Assembly (NCBI GenBank): GCA_964036045.1
Contig: OZ038378.1
Location: 6,200,001-6,264,000 of the forward strand
DNA from: Eutreptiella sp. 'Long Island Sound 2002'
Taxonomy: Eukaryota; Protista; Euglenida
Direction: 5' to 3'
DNA length: 64,000 nt
The position numbers and the translations under genes are program-made. The number at the start of each line of letters is the position of its first letter. The stretch's first letter is position 1. A model generated the notes under the pieces. That model was given only the letters and a program-made list of their open reading frames with translations, made no database searches and was not told where the DNA came from. This document shows positions 62,330 through 64,000 of the stretch, piece after piece.

Positions 62330-63272
62330 GACGTATGAGGGGCCAAAATGGCTTAGCATGGGCTCAAAATTGGCTGGTGTCACTTATTTGTGCACCCCAA
62401 ATGCTTTAGGATCAATTTTGGAAAAGCGTGCTTTTGAGCCCTTTTTGGCGCATTTTTGGTTCCAAAACGGCCAACTTTCAAGGCATTTTGGGACTTCACG
62501 AGGGCCAAAACGGGCCACCACAGGCTAAGAACCGGCTAAAACCACTTGTTCTGCCATCCCATGTGGTCCAGGATCATTTTTGGAAAAAATCCTTTTTTGC
62601 CCCCGGTGGACCCGTTGACCCATTTTGGTGCCCATTTGTTTGGACTCAAGCTTGCGGCTGCCTAGTGGGCCCAAGTACGGGGGTCAAGGCGTCTGTTTAA
62701 GCGATTTGAAGGGGTGGAAACCACAAGAAGTGGGTGGACTAGGTGCCCTTGGAATTGCGTTTAGACTAGCCCTAGATGCGGCTTGTTCTAGGTTTGGGGA
62801 TGTCAGCGGCCAAGCGGCACAGATTTAGGGGCTTTTTGGCGCCTTTTTGGGATGTTTCTCGACCATGTTGTGGAGTGAGAGCGCACCAACAGGCTCTTTG
62901 AAATGGGAAAGTCAAGCTGCACGTGGAGTGTACTAACCGTTTCCCTTCGTTTGGCCGTTTTGACCGAGTTCTAGGGCTGTTTTGGGCACCAATGGCTGTT
63001 TTTGGCCAACAATAGTGCACATTTGGGAGGGCACTTCCCGACTTGGCGGCTACACCCCGGGACGCCATCGGTGAGTTGGGGGCTCAAAGTTTGGATTTGG
63101 GAAGGCCATGTGTCAATGTGGGAGATGGCTAGAGTAGAGTAGAGCCCGGAGCGATGAGACAAAGCAACAGCCAAAACGGAAAGGAGAGGTGTTACTTGTT
63201 GTTGTTGCTTATTGTTGTTGCCTGTTGTTGTTGCAAGCTAGATTTAAGGGGAGAGGGGTGTAGTAATATATG
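62330..63272 (+). repeat. Dispersed repeat family A, composite copy
   Basis: 62330-62640 matches 22550-22870. 62700-63200 matches 17170-17650. It ends in GCTAGATTTAAGGGGAGAGGGGTGTAGTAATA, as at 18711. Confidence 0.75.
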
Positions 63273-64000
63273 GTATATGTTAACTCTGCCCCCCCCCCCT
63301 ATCATAGGTCCCCCTAGGCGCCTTCAACCCCCATGTGGGGTTGAAGGCGCCTAGTATGCAAGAATATGCACAGTTTACACCGAATGCCACTCCGTTTACC
63401 CGTACACCCCTCCTGTTTACCCGTGGACCATAGGAAACGCTGTAGTCTACAGACACTAGACACTGTTTGCCCCGAGTAGATGCGGTCTGTTAATTGTAGA
63501 CACTGTCGGCATGTTGTAGATGCGAAGTGCCAAGGGCTCTGATTCGGGGGGGGGGGGGTTGGCCTTCATTGGCATTCCTATCTGTCAACCTTTCCAACAG
63601 CAATTAGCCCAGTAGTTCTTGCTTTGATAGATAGACAGAAGCGGCTAGGTGCAGCAAGCTAGGGCTAGAGTGGGCACTGCCATATTTGAATTGCACTTAG
63701 TCAACTCAGAGCAGGCTTCAGGACACGTTTTCCCGCAAGATACAAAGGTAGAGTGCACAGTAAAATGGAATTTGTCATTTCTGCAAGTGCTTGCATACCA
63801 TACTGTTGTCCATGGGACTTAAAGTCAAAGTGGGTAGTGCAGCAGCATCTTTCAGGCTTACAAGGGCTTGCGCCACTGCGGCAGTTAAGATACAACCTTA
63901 GAGTGTGCAGTACAGTGCCATCCTTCAGCCCCGCAATGTATTGGACACACAATGCAAATGGGAAGTGTACAGGTAAGTGTGTATGGACAGTCAATTTGAT

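Overview
Repeat-rich eukaryotic genomic DNA, most likely from a euglenid. That assignment is inferred from a relict Euglena-type spliced leader and from GT-AG introns with multi-kb spacing. Host genes, all on the + strand: (1) the last two exons of a DnaJ X-domain protein (953-1285, 2556-2717); (2) a complete 4-exon class II CPD photolyase, join(6142-6830, 7523-7610, 13622-14113, 24035-24349), 527 aa; (3) an intronless coiled-coil ORF (31793-34363) with one in-frame TGA, preceded by a spliced-leader relic, so probably a retrocopy. From 35001 to 49854 there is a 7-unit tandem array of a ~1.83-kb sequence, with two independent GGGGG...CCCCC DNA-transposon insertions that have 3-bp TSDs. A further, diverged copy of the same repeat is split by a nested structure (50784-58942). 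That structure is a ~630-bp element with C-rich/G-rich inverted ends into which two related non-LTR retrotransposons have inserted at the same motif (CCCTTGT|YCAAGSAAC; 14- and 15-bp TSDs). The first is a full-length, mildly decayed L1/Tx1-type element (ORF1; APE-RT-zinc finger-RNase H ORF2) with a structured, poly(A)-less 3' end. The second is a 5'-truncated relative carrying a tRNA-derived A/B-box cassette upstream of the shared 3' tail. This nested arrangement is the best candidate for an undescribed system. The rest is microsatellites, a 47-bp hairpin minisatellite and decayed dispersed repeats. All alignments were done by eye and no database searches were run.
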